In this document: piece after piece, positions 39,316-51,180 of the stretch
How positions within the stretch are numbered: position 1 is the stretch's first letter
How the letters are laid out: every line of letters starts with the position of its first letter
Assembly (NCBI GenBank): GCA_036172245.1
Contig: JAYWIR010000013.1
Location: 682,001 to 746,000, forward strand
Source: Raillietiella orientalis
Lineage: Eukaryota
Reading direction: 5' to 3'
DNA: 64,000 bases
The notes under the pieces: generated by a model
The model's database searches: none
What the model saw: only the letters and a program-made list of their open reading frames with translations
Told to the model about the DNA's origin: nothing
Translations under genes and position numbers: made by a program

Positions 39316-42300
39316 TACATAGGCGTGTGCGTGTGTGACATTCGTGAAAAATGTGCAGGAGCGAATGTAACACCGAAACGATGTCTGCAAGGACTTATCC
39401 CGTACATGAGGAAAACCACTGAACGGCATGAGAATTCATTTCTGAAATTTAACATTACAGGAGTGGAACACCTTCGCGACTGATTTAACTTCGGGAATGA
39501 AAATCTCGTAAAGAGTTACTATTCTGCACGTCTGCAGCTCGCTGCCAATGATAAAGCAGTCATTTTTTTGCCGAGCCTCCGTGCTCCCGACGAAGAATGT
39601 TCCGCGAAACATTCTTCGGACCACCTCAACTTTGCGTTTCATAGGTCAGCAGTTCAGTGGAAATCCCCAGGCAACGAAGCCGCACGAATTTCCGGCAACA
39701 CACGCGGGATAATTGCCAAATTTCTCTCAAAACTCCATCTTGATCGAACTGGGAGTTGCTTAATTGGTATCATATTTGAAAACTACTGTAAGTTCACTTG
39801 GCAGTTTTAGAATCCCAGTTGCTCCAAGACGCGGGAGCAGATTGGCTGCACTAGACGCAGAACTTCACATCAGCTGCATACACCTATGGTGACGTTCTAC
39901 CAGGACTAGCAAGAGGAAACACACCGATCAAGGAAAGGCAGTCGGTGGAATAGAAAATCTTTTACGGGCTACCAACCCTTTCTATCACAGTGCGTGGTAC
40001 TTGAAAAGAGGATTCCAAGTCTTCGCATAGAGATGAGCAGATAATATTTCAGGCATTGATGGCAAACACACACTGACTAGCCTTACCATCTGTATGTATG
40101 TAGCCTTACCAGTTTTCAAGATAAAAACTAATTTTAGAAAGGATTTCTCTGTTTATCTATTTTTATTATCTGTCTTTTCAGAGCACAACAGGATTCCTCC
40201 CATTGCCCGCGGTAAAGAGGAAACAGTGGAGTATTTTGTGCGAAGAGATTTCCACAAGTCAAGCCATAACGACACCCAGAGATGCTGCGACCAGATTTCA
40301 GCAGTGAGACGCTACAGTCGAGCGACTGGAGAGCTTTCGAGAGAAACCCGAAATCTGATTTCATGACGAGCTGTTTCCATTAGTTTGGTGTGCCTTCTCT
40401 CAAGAGGCGATCAGGCTAGATCACTCGAAAGTCTACCAACAACTCTTGAGGCAAAAGACTTGATTTTCAATTTCAAGTTCGACATCCCTACAAGATGAGC
40501 ACACCCCTTGTGTTCACGAGCCACATTCAACTTGAAAACGTGGCAAGGATCGAAGCGGAACACCAATGCATGCATGCTTCTGATCCTTCAAGAATGGCCT
40601 TTTTTTTCTTCTTTTACTTTTCTGGTAGCAGGCATTCTGCACACACACGCGCGCGCGTGTTTGTGTGTGTTGTGCTTTACTTCAGCAAAGCATACGCAAT
40701 GACAGCAAACGGAAGGCATTAAAGCCTTAAATCGGAGAACTGTTTCTACATTAGTACAAACAAAAAAGGAACCCTTAGACATGAAACGAAAGGATCGTAG
40801 CAAATGATTTATTCCAGCTATAAATGCCCATAAATATCTTCGTGTCGGACTTGAGCAGCAGAGCGTTGTCGACTACACTCAGATTCCAACCACTCGATCC
40901 TTAATTACGGCAATCCCATCTTGTGAAAAGAGTGGAGGGTGAAAATCATTAAATTCCAATCTGAACAGTGACATCTCAGTAAACTTATAAGTTTCGAAAC
41001 ATCAGTTTGTGAACACCACCTTTGGTAGGCAAATCAATTTGCATCACAAAAATATAAAAAGGGAACGGGATGGCACTTCCGCGCTGCCATGCAACTTTTT
41101 TCTTCTTCACTTACTTTCTTTGACCATTTGAGATCCCAAGTGAATTGCGATTTCAATTCGAAATGCGTTCTGATTATTCTCGGAAGCACTCGACGAGATC
41201 CACAGCAAGGACCGGTCATCCTTTTCGTGGTTGCTATCGTAGAGATGCAACGGAGGACCCCGTTCGATGTGGAAGCGCTGAATCTCCGGCTTCTCGTGCC
41301 CAAATCAGCTGGCACCACACTCTGGAAACTCGCGTCACGCCTACGACCAGAAGACGTGCTCCCTGCAACAGGCCCCACGTTTGTGCTAATGCAGAGAGAA
41401 ATTTGGGAATCGAACGCAAGAACCGTTGCGATTCGTTAGCTCCCGACAGCAACCGCAACGAATGAGGGACGGCTATTGATTTGTCGAAGCATCAAAGAGG
41501 ACCTCGAATCCCCCCCCCCCTACTTTCCGCTAACAGATACTTCCAGGGATCGGCAGCAAAATTTTGCGTTTTAGCAAAATTTTTTTCATTTCATTTTTTT
41601 GTTTTTTAATTTTTAGATTCATTAGCTCTCCGAAGCACCTGGAGCTCGAGGAAACCTCATTGCTCTTTGAACCAGAATTGTTAACTGCCGCGTAGTTGTA
41701 CACGTACACGTAGTTGCACACGTTGTCAACCGTTTGACCTGCAGGTCGTGAGGTTCTCGTCCACGTGGCCCGGCCTATTCGGAAACTTTAATTGCAGCGA
41801 AAACGGCAAAGATGACCCCGACTCTAATTAATTTCATATCAAGGGAATACTAGTTAAGGGAGACGGGTGATTTTCCACCTGGAAAATTGGTCCCAATCGG
41901 AAAGCAGACCGGTAAAAGTTCTAGAGCTCTTCCTTGAAAAGAGTTTCGGATACTTCAAGTAAAATTTTTAGCAATGAGCTCAGCAACACATGGAAACCTC
42001 TCCAGGCAAATACTCCCTTGCCAACTCACTTCAACGTTCACACGCTGTGCGGGGACGAGAAGGTAGCTGAAAATTGCGGCGAACTGAAATGTGCCTCTTC
42101 CCCCCTCCCTCCCCTCCCGCTGGAAAAGAGCGTGCATGGATGCGTTGTGGTGGACGACGACTCAAAAGGTGCACTCTCGTATTCGAATGCCTTCATTCTC
42201 AGCCTTGTTACTTTGGTGCTCGCAAATACGCCTCCTGTTTTCACTTCATGCCCGTCCATTCCCGCTCAACTGTCCTTCAAGATTCCGCACGAGCGGCACA

Positions 42301-43548
42301 CTTTAAAGGGTGTGCTCCAGCTCTGCGGCCAAGGAGACTAAAATTAGGAGGGTGCCGCCCACCCTCCCTCTCGAATCGAGTTGTGCCGTTCGTGTTCGTT
42401 CATCCACGAGTACTTTCCCAACACTTTCGTCCCTTCGGAAACTTTTCAAGCCAGTCGATCTCGAAGAAGGAATGAAGGATGGCACATCAAGTTTCGACTG
42501 GCACACGATCTCGCTAGTCAACCGAACTCCCCGTACCATAATTCATGCAATTGACGACATGCACTCCAGAAGGGTTTGAAAGTCATCTAAATCTTGTATC
42601 TCGTTAGAATCCGCCAAACGCTCTTTTGGAATTGTGGCAAGCAATCCAAATGCTATTTCTGCATCAGAGATGTCGTCGGCTCTGTCCAAGTTGCCAAGTT
42701 ACCTCTCAGATTTAGATGAAAGGCTTCGGAAAGAGAATGAAAAGAGTTGCTGCACTGTTCCAATCAAAGCTGATGACGAATGAATGGATTCAGCACCAAT
42801 TATTTGAAGCGAGCTGATTTTTCTTATGCGCACAATTAGGGAGACGCCTCCCTGTGGTGACCCCAGTGCCTTCCAAGTTGTACCATTTCATGGGCTTCAA
42901 TTTAAGGAGCGTCGAGACAATGGACGCCTTCTACGATAACTTTCCAAAACAAAGAGCGTGGCTGCGATGAGCACGTGAATCCAGACTGTAAAAATTGCCT
43001 ACACTCTAAAGCAAACAGTCTGTTTCTGCAATCGTGAATTGATTGCACATGGTTTTAGGTTGATCACGTCAAAGCTGTTACAGAATAAAAAAATTCACAC
43101 ACCCAACACGGTGCAATTCTGAACAGTTTTCAGCATCCAGATATGAATGCAAACGTTCTGAAGGGTTCCGTCTGTGATGGCTGCTCGCACGTTCCCGGAA
43201 CCAAACGACCACTCCCACTCCGAAACACCGAAAACTTTTTTCTAAAAATTACTGAAAATTTTTTCCCGATCATTTGCTTGCTTTGCACCTTGACGGACCC
43301 CATGCAAACGATGGTTTTGGTTTGGGAAATAACGCTATTAACAAAATAAACGTCACTTGGTGCTCTTCTGATGTGACTTGGCTCTCGCGTTTACTAATAA
43401 GGCAATCCACGCTTTAAAGCAACCGCGTTCACACAAACAAATCGGTAAACATCTAATCAGGGTCACAACGCAGGTCTGTGTGCATAACTTATGGAAAAAA
43501 GAAAAAAAACTAAATAGAGAAGAGGCTTTTTAACAAGTGAATACACGC

Positions 43549-43578
43549 AGAAGAAGAAGAAGAAGAAAAAAAAAAAAA
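43549..43578. repeat. (AGA)n plus A-run, downstream of the MPDU1 stop
   Basis: agaagaagaagaagaag followed by a poly-A run. Confidence 0.85.
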
Positions 43579-43696
43579 GTCAAGAATCCAAATGATTAAT
43601 AGTTACGTAAAATCCCATATTCCCATCGGAGATTTCTTGAACTGTACCCACAAACAAAAATATTTGCTTTAATTTGCAAAATTCCAATCATGGTTA

Positions 43697-46600
43697 TCAA
43701 GTTTTTTTCTTCTTGGTTCCCGACTCTATCCACACATTTGTGGACTGCCAGTAATACAGAAACTGCAGACATATGAAACCGTTTAAAGTAGACGACAAAA
43801 CGAATGTGAGAATGACTAGGAAATCACCAGTTTCCATTATGGATGTAAAAACTCTAACAATACTTCCAAAACAAAGAAGTACCCACATTATAAAAGAACT
43901 ACGTCCTGTATTTTTATTGCTGTAGTTTGTCCACATCTGGAGGAACTATGAAGAACACTTTTTAAAGGATAAATATAATATCAACTTACCTTAGCTACAA
44001 GCACAGTCGGAATAATACTACTCTGCAAAATTCCAAGTAGATAATTCGGTATTGAATTACTGATTAGGATACAGATCAACAGCGAATACAAAACGGCAAA
44101 CGTGAGAGCAACTCTGCTTCCGCGTGTATAGAATAAAAAGGCATACAGAATCAAAAACGCCTGTATCGCCATAAAGAAACTATCACCCCAGGCACTGAAA
44201 AATGATGGACAAACTGATAAAGGTATGCTGTGCAACTTGAACATTGTGATCAGTGAAACTTAAACATAAAAATCAATCAAGAAAAATACTGTGAATCATT
44301 TTTCATTTTTCCTAGGTGATTCAAGTACCCATAAAGGGTATATTCTTCTCTCAGTTGTGGGAAAAACCTACATTTACAAATAATTCTTTTACCACAAAAT
44401 GCTAAAAATTTTCGAAAGATTCAGCTTCATGTTGGAGACTGTTGGCGGACATGATATTTACGAAGATTCTGTGATATCTAATGCTTTTCGTATAACAAAA
44501 ACGTGATGGCGTTCAAGAGCTTGCACAATTTATCACTGAATATTTTCAAGCATGTGAAACATGGATGGTCTTGCATTTTACAAATGTACTCTACATCTAC
44601 TTCATTGAATAGTTCTTTTGTTGAATATAATTTCAGAGTATTGAAATTTTAAGAAAATAGAGTTTACAAAGATATGCCAAACAAGTTGCAACTTTATGTA
44701 CTGAGGACAGTAACCAAGACAATTATAAATCTACTCTTGGGATCTTTTAACAAAAAAATTACTCAGTACTTACTTGGTACAAATTAATTAGGAGAAAAGC
44801 ACATTTATTTACAGCCCCACGGAATTTTATTCATAAGCACTGCTGTTACATTCACATTACTTTAAGAATTTTACGTGACCAATAACATATACAAAACAAC
44901 AACAAAGAAAAACAAAAAAATGTGATGCTTGCACACTTCAAAACTGTTTATGTTTCTCATATGGCTCTGGTCTTCTTTAATTTAATTGAGGTTTCATGAA
45001 CTACCTATAACTGGTTACAAAACTGAACCCAAATGTAAACTGGAAAATACATTTGATCACGTGAATGTACACAGCACTATTACAACAAGCTGCAACAGCA
45101 AACAGCAAACAAGATGTAGATGAGCTTAGATTATTCAAGAGACCTATTAAAAGCAAAATCACTATTTACATTTCCAAAAGATGAAACTGTACGCTTCTGC
45201 AATTACAAAAATGTGTTTCTTTGCACATTTCATTTCAAGAAATACAAAGCTTTCCAATTCAGGCATAAATCAAGATATATGGCACCAATAAGTGACATAC
45301 CGAAATTTAAAAGAAAAAAACAGCTTTTTTTTCCTTTTCCCCTCGGATGTCTTTATTCTCTTGATAAATGAATATTCAATTCAAAATTGAAAATTAGTAA
45401 TAGTAAAATTAGTAAACTAATTCAAAATTAGTGGATGAATACAGTATATGTTGTGCAAGAAATAAAGAAAAAAAACACAGGTGGTGGTGGGGGGTGGAGA
45501 TCCTGCCTTAAGGCAATATTTTGTAAGGAATCGCAGAACAGCTTTTATTGCAGTTAATGAACACTACCACAAAGAAGAATGCTGAATTTCCATCTTCAAC
45601 ACCAAATGAGCCACCTGTTAAGATACTGTGAAATATGAGCACAACAAACAAATATTGAAAGATTGTGTGAATATACTTTAATCCCTATAAACACACATTT
45701 TTTTACATTTTTTACTTCAGTATGGCACAACACAGCAAATCATATTTGTGATGATTACTTTGACTTTTTATATTTTCATGAAGTTGCACTTTAAAAATGC
45801 TCAACATTCAGTTCAGAATCTTGAAATGTGTGAAGAAAAACAAAAACAAAAACAGGAACAACAAATCACAGAAGTAACCAAGTTGTACTCCAGAAAGACA
45901 CATATTTTTCCAAACAGGTCTGGTTACAATTTCCACATGCTGTTATGATGTAACAAGCATGCATATTATAGAGGTCAGATTGGACAGATTGTCTATTGAT
46001 GAATGAAACCTTGAAATCTTATCTAATTTGGAAACTCATTTGGAAGTATGATTATGAAAAAACAAAAAACAACATAGCAGTAACATCTGAAATCGTAATA
46101 CTTGAAAAGCAAAGATACTTTCATTACATTAGCTATAGATGTTAACTGCTTTCAAAGCAGGCAAAAAAAATGCATCGCTTATGACTGAAATATCAGTCTT
46201 GAAAACTCAACAATGAAAATCCCAACAAAGAGTTTCCATCGAATTTTTCAATGACAGTCTAAGAGAACCAAAATCCATAAAAAAGAAAGTATGCAAGTAT
46301 GCATTCCCTTTAATGATCAGCAAATTTTGCTTTAAATTTGCATTCTCGTTCACATACCTGAATGGATACTTCTTGTGAAAGCAGTACAAGGCATTTGTAC
46401 AAACAGCATGAAGATCTAAGGAAATGCTCGACAAACTTATCCCATACGCATCCCGGTGGGAGACGATCTTTATTAGCTGTGGGACTTTCACTAGAACAAA
46501 GGATTATCTACATTTCGTGATCTGGATAGGCACTTTTGTTAACTGTTTTGCTACGACCGAGGTATCTGTATTCTGGAAGCATTAGTATCTACAGGAAAGG

Positions 46601-47046
46601 AAATACGCACATAATTTTGCCTGGCACGCATTTACGAATGTTATAAGCGCTTTCCACTCAAATTGGCAGCTTCTTCAAAGAACTCTTACAGTTTGCAATT
46701 CTGCGTGTTCCAAAATTTTTCCGATGCGATTTACGTAATTGCAGGCATACATACCTAATGCCGAGAAGACAACAAGGGTATAGCCCAGTATTTTACTGAT
46801 GGCAGTTTTCAGGCAAATCACTGAAAGAAAAAGATAACGGCAACAAGTTCAAGGCAAGCAACTTGATGAGACAATTGGCACATGCTTTTAAAACGAATGT
46901 GCAGTTAAAATGGGAATGTGCTGTGGCGAAACGCGAAACATCCGCACTGCACACAGAAATACTTTACCTGATAGTTGGCCTCCTGTTAGCTCCTGGTAAC
47001 AGTCTACATCTACAACTTGTAGAAGCAGCTTTTCTATCATTTCCAT
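43697..47046 (-). CDS. MPDU1: Mannose-P-dolichol utilization defect 1 homolog (PQ-loop ER membrane protein), 5 exons, 243 aa
   Basis: Exons 47046-46968, 46820-46755, 46490-46358, 44194-43990, 43945-43697, all GT-AG and phase-consistent (732 nt). Product MEMIEKLLLQVVDVDCYQEL..CLKTAISKILGY..LVKVPQLIKI..YPFSAWGDSFF..RVFTSIMETGD..QFLYYW..KKKT*, matching MPDU1 motifs (CLK..SK.LG, VK.PQ..KI, PFS.WG, R.FTSI.ETGD) and a C-terminal KKxx ER-retrieval signal. Confidence 0.93.
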
Positions 47047-47059
47047 TCTGCAATGTCAA

Positions 47060-47180
47060 CCAGGAGCTACACCGAGACGATCTGCTCTTTACCGCACGGC
47101 GCGCGACGCCATTCCACAGGCAAGCTGTTCGACATTCCCAGGATTCTCACGTGCCATCCTTGCCACAACGCGTCCAAAGT
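47060..47180 (-). promoter_or_regulatory. Putative MPDU1 promoter / 5' UTR CpG patch
   Basis: Short CpG-rich patch (cggcgcgcgacg, acgcgt) with E-box CACGTG at 47148-47153 immediately upstream of the start codon within otherwise AT-rich, CpG-poor DNA. Confidence 0.4.
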
Positions 47181-50140
47181 TGATGATTAATGACTAGCAT
47201 TTTCAGATTAAACTACTGGAGTTACCATGTTGGAACATCTACGGAGAAACTTGCATTTTATTCATCACAATGCATTTATGTGTATGGCTATCTTCGAAAA
47301 AAATACTTTCGAGAACGTGAAACCTGAAGGAGTTGAGAAACAACCTATAAAAACACACGATTTTCACTAAATCAGCATAAAATCATAAAACTTGAGTTTG
47401 GGAATCAGCAGTTCAAAATGCTCATGCTGGAAGACACTACAAATGAAAATATCTAACGAAGAGCAAAATCTGCAACACTACTACAGATTTTTAAAAAATT
47501 GCCTCATTGAAAAATGCAAAGTTATCACTCTGAAACAAAAGCTTGTGAACTGTAGAAGACCCGAAAGGAAATTGAAAGCAAAATAATAGGCGGTATGACT
47601 ATGCGGAGAAACGGGATATATATTTTTTTAGTCCTTTATCGTACATAGCCGACTACTTAATTGGGCATAATAATGCAATGTGTATACCATTGTGACGTGT
47701 CCACTGCATAGACTGCATCTTTCTCATTACATAATAAGTAAATTTCAGAATCTTTTGATGAGAAACTCTAATGAGGGAGTAAGCAACAAGTAAATGGGAG
47801 CAAATCGTTTTCAGCGGTCTGCTTTTCGGTCAGCATTTAGTCAATAAATACTTGCGTTATTTACGATGCAAATACTTTAATTGAGGAAAGAAAGCCTCGG
47901 AAACAACATTTCAGCAAATTTATGCCGCTGATCTGTATCAACAGTTGTACATACAGCAGAAACGAAAGACTCATTCGTTACGTTACGATTTTTTCGATGC
48001 TGGTTTGACATTAGAACTTCGTTGGAGTGCTGAAGCGACCACTGCTTCTCAGGTGAATCCTGAGGAGGAATGGCTTCATCCTCCTCAGAATTCCAAACGC
48101 TGAACAGTGTTCCTTAGACAGCCAGAGGCAAAAAAGTGAGTGCAACCCAAAGTGAAGCATTAAAGATGGAGATTTACATATGTCAAAAAACTCAGGTGAA
48201 TAACTAATGTCTAAATATTGAATGTTTTTTCCGGCCCCCAGGTATTGCACATAAAATCCAGCAAGAAAAGTATGGTCCTGCATTGCAAAACAATGCATAT
48301 GAGACTTCGTTAGCCAACTACTACTACTCATCCGGTTTTTCCAATTTCCTTTGTAATTCTTAGTTTCAAAAGTGATTGTGTGACTACTGATTTCATAATG
48401 AAATAACCAACAGAGCAGCTGCTTCAGTTTAAATGGATTTTCCCTATGTTGAAAATGAAGATTTTCTGGTAATATGAATTTTGTTTTCTAGAATTTTTTC
48501 CGAAGAACTCCCATACATAACATGTTGTAGAATTTTCCGGAAATTAAATTTAAAAAAAAAAAAAAAAACAGTGGAAATGATAATAGAAGCAATATATTTA
48601 GCTTCAGCCAGCAGCCTTCGATTTTCTCAGACGGCATGTGAAAACATTTATGATACTTTAAAAAAAGTTGATCATGCATGTTTGTAAGTATGCAGTGCAT
48701 CATCTAATCGAATGTTTCAAGAAAAATCCTTGTCTACCAAAAATAAATTACTTTGGAAGGAAATTCCCACGAAGCCACACAACTCATTAGCATGAAAAAA
48801 TCATTAATAGGCAGGATGTGCATCACCAGTGTCCCTGTAACTGTTGAGAGACGAGTACGGTTTCAGAAGATGATCGAAAATCAAGGTTCCTCCTGCATCC
48901 GAGAAAAGTATGGTTTCCTTACATTAGATGCACGAAATTCTTGAAGAGCGCGCCATCTTTTTCTGAAGCTGTTTCGGAATGGGAAAATCGAAAAACCGAA
49001 ACAGGAATGCTGTGTTTCACAGACACTTGAGCTCATTTTGTCCTTTTGCAGGGAAACTAACGAATCCGCTTTCAATGATTTGATAATTGATCAATGATGT
49101 ATTCCAAATATTTGTGATGAGGAAACAGTGCCTAACGTATTGTGGATGATGGGAATCAAAGCTGACTGAAATAATCGAATAGCCGGTTTTCCTTTCGGGT
49201 GGAAATTTTATTCGGTCTATCCCTTCGGTACATATCATACTTTATAGATCTCTCTGTCTTGCCACTTTCTGAAAACGGAAAAGTAATTCTTCCATCAAAC
49301 TTCGCATGGAGGTTTCAGGTCCAACTCACCTATTGTCTGGTGGTGCATCAGTGCAATTTCTTTTGGTTTGCTTTCTGAATTAGTGATGATTGCAAACAGC
49401 TAAATTCACGCTGGTATGAACAGTTGTTGTATTGTTCAATTAGCATAAGTTGTTACTTTATTGCGATATTATTGCTATAATGGGCATGAGATTTTTTAAA
49501 CTTGGAACATTGGGATCGAAAACTGTGACTAAATTAGCACATGCATCTTATTAACCATGAAATAATCGGCTAATGACAACTGCTCGTATCTTTCAAGAGA
49601 TTTTATAAGAAAAAAAATCATAATTTCCTCCTGGTTTAACCGATTTTATTTTAGATTTTGTTAGTGACGTGCATTCCGAAAGGAAGTACAAGCAGGTGAA
49701 AGGCAAAATTTTAATTTCCGCAGTGATCTCCATCTACCCTCGCTCTCGTGTCGAGGTGGTAGTGACTCTTTCGTTAAGGGTGGCGATACATCCGACATTT
49801 CCGACGCGCATTTCGTGGTCGTTGGATGTTCGTTTTCAACTAGCAATAAAGAATGTTCGTGCATGCCATTCTTTCTTGGTTTTTCCCCATCACTCCACCT
49901 GCTCTTCGAGAATCTTCGATCCCCCTCTCAGCACTTCGTTATTTCTTGGACGCCGAGACCCCAACGACTGTTCGCGCAACAGCGGACTCTCCTTTAATGC
50001 ATGAATTTTCGAGATGGTCTTCTGCACTTTTACTCTCCTTCTGCCTTCCCTTGCATGCATTCAGGGGCAAGTGACATCCTGATCCGTCCTGATCTTGGTC
50101 CTGGACCACTGGACCTGGTTTTCGCGTTGAGCCTGTCTCC

Positions 50141-51180
50141 GACACAGTCTGGTTGGCAGCAACAGCCATCACTGTTTCGCTAGCTTGCTTAAATTTGGCT
50201 CCCAAGGAGTACTGAAGAACCGCTCTTGTCTCCTTAGGGGAAGATCACAGAAGAGCTCTTTAAGCCCCTCCCAGTCAGTCCACCCGAAGGTGCGCGTAAC
50301 TCTTCAAGTTGTAAGGGACAACCCAGGAGGGACCACTCTATGAATTCAGGAAGGCTCTGGAATTCGTTCCTCTTGCGCTTGGTAGGGAAACCACTGGACC
50401 TGGGAAACCCTGACTGTCCCCGAAGGGAAACTCTTCCATCCGAGGGACTCCTAGAGGGAAACACTTCTTTCTTCTCTGAAGGCAACTCCGAAGGGATCCG
50501 CTTTTGCTACCCACCTGAAGAGAACTTCGTAGAGATGCTTCCAAATTTCTTTGAAAGAGGCTGAAGGCAGCCCCAAAGGACGGGGGTGTTAAGCAGCCCC
50601 ATGGTACACAATGGAGGGTCCCCTCGCTCCCTCCCATTCCGAGAACTCCGAACAGCTCCTTGATTCCTGGAGGGTTCCCGGAAGGGTCAACTTTTCATTC
50701 CGGCAAGTCAACGGGGGCACCCGGGGGTTCCGCCTTCCACTCGTGTTGCCCCCGAAGTCTACAGGCCAACCAGCGCCATCCTGCGTCCCCCCCCCCCCTC
50801 TCCCCCTTGTTCTCGGCGCCGATCCTTCCCCTGGAGTGAATCGAACCTGCGACGCCCAGTACCACGTGCGGAGACCACAGCCACGCGGCCCGCCTCCAGC
50901 GCGTTGACTTTGGTGTTCACCAGCTCTCGTCGCGCCTCTCCGTGATCGCTGTCACGTTGCCGACACTCCTGTCGGCGTAGACGTGACTTTGTGATCCTTC
51001 CCATCTCCCGCTCTTTCCGCGCAGGCGGTTCGGCGCTGGGATCCTTGGCAGACGATCCCTGAAGAGGCAGGAGGCTGAACGTCGCTCTGCACGAACGCAT
51101 CTTAGAACCGATGGTGCTCGCCGTTGAAATGGCAGCTGCTAATTCCGACGCTGGTCCGATGCTGGACGTGGTTTTTAACA
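50141..51180. mobile_element. Unclassified interspersed repeat, copy B; includes a candidate polypurine tract plus 594-bp TGTTAA...TTAACA segment (50587-51180)
   Basis: Colinear similarity to copy A in the same orientation; purine tract aaaggacggggg (50575-50586) followed by TGTTAA; TTAACA at 51175-51180 near where similarity fades. Confidence 0.7.

Noticed and set aside
39800..42800. Scattered exon-like segments (e.g. acceptor at ~40180, open frames 41089-41439 and 42310-42780)
   Set aside because: Could not assemble a phase-consistent gene or recognise a protein family.
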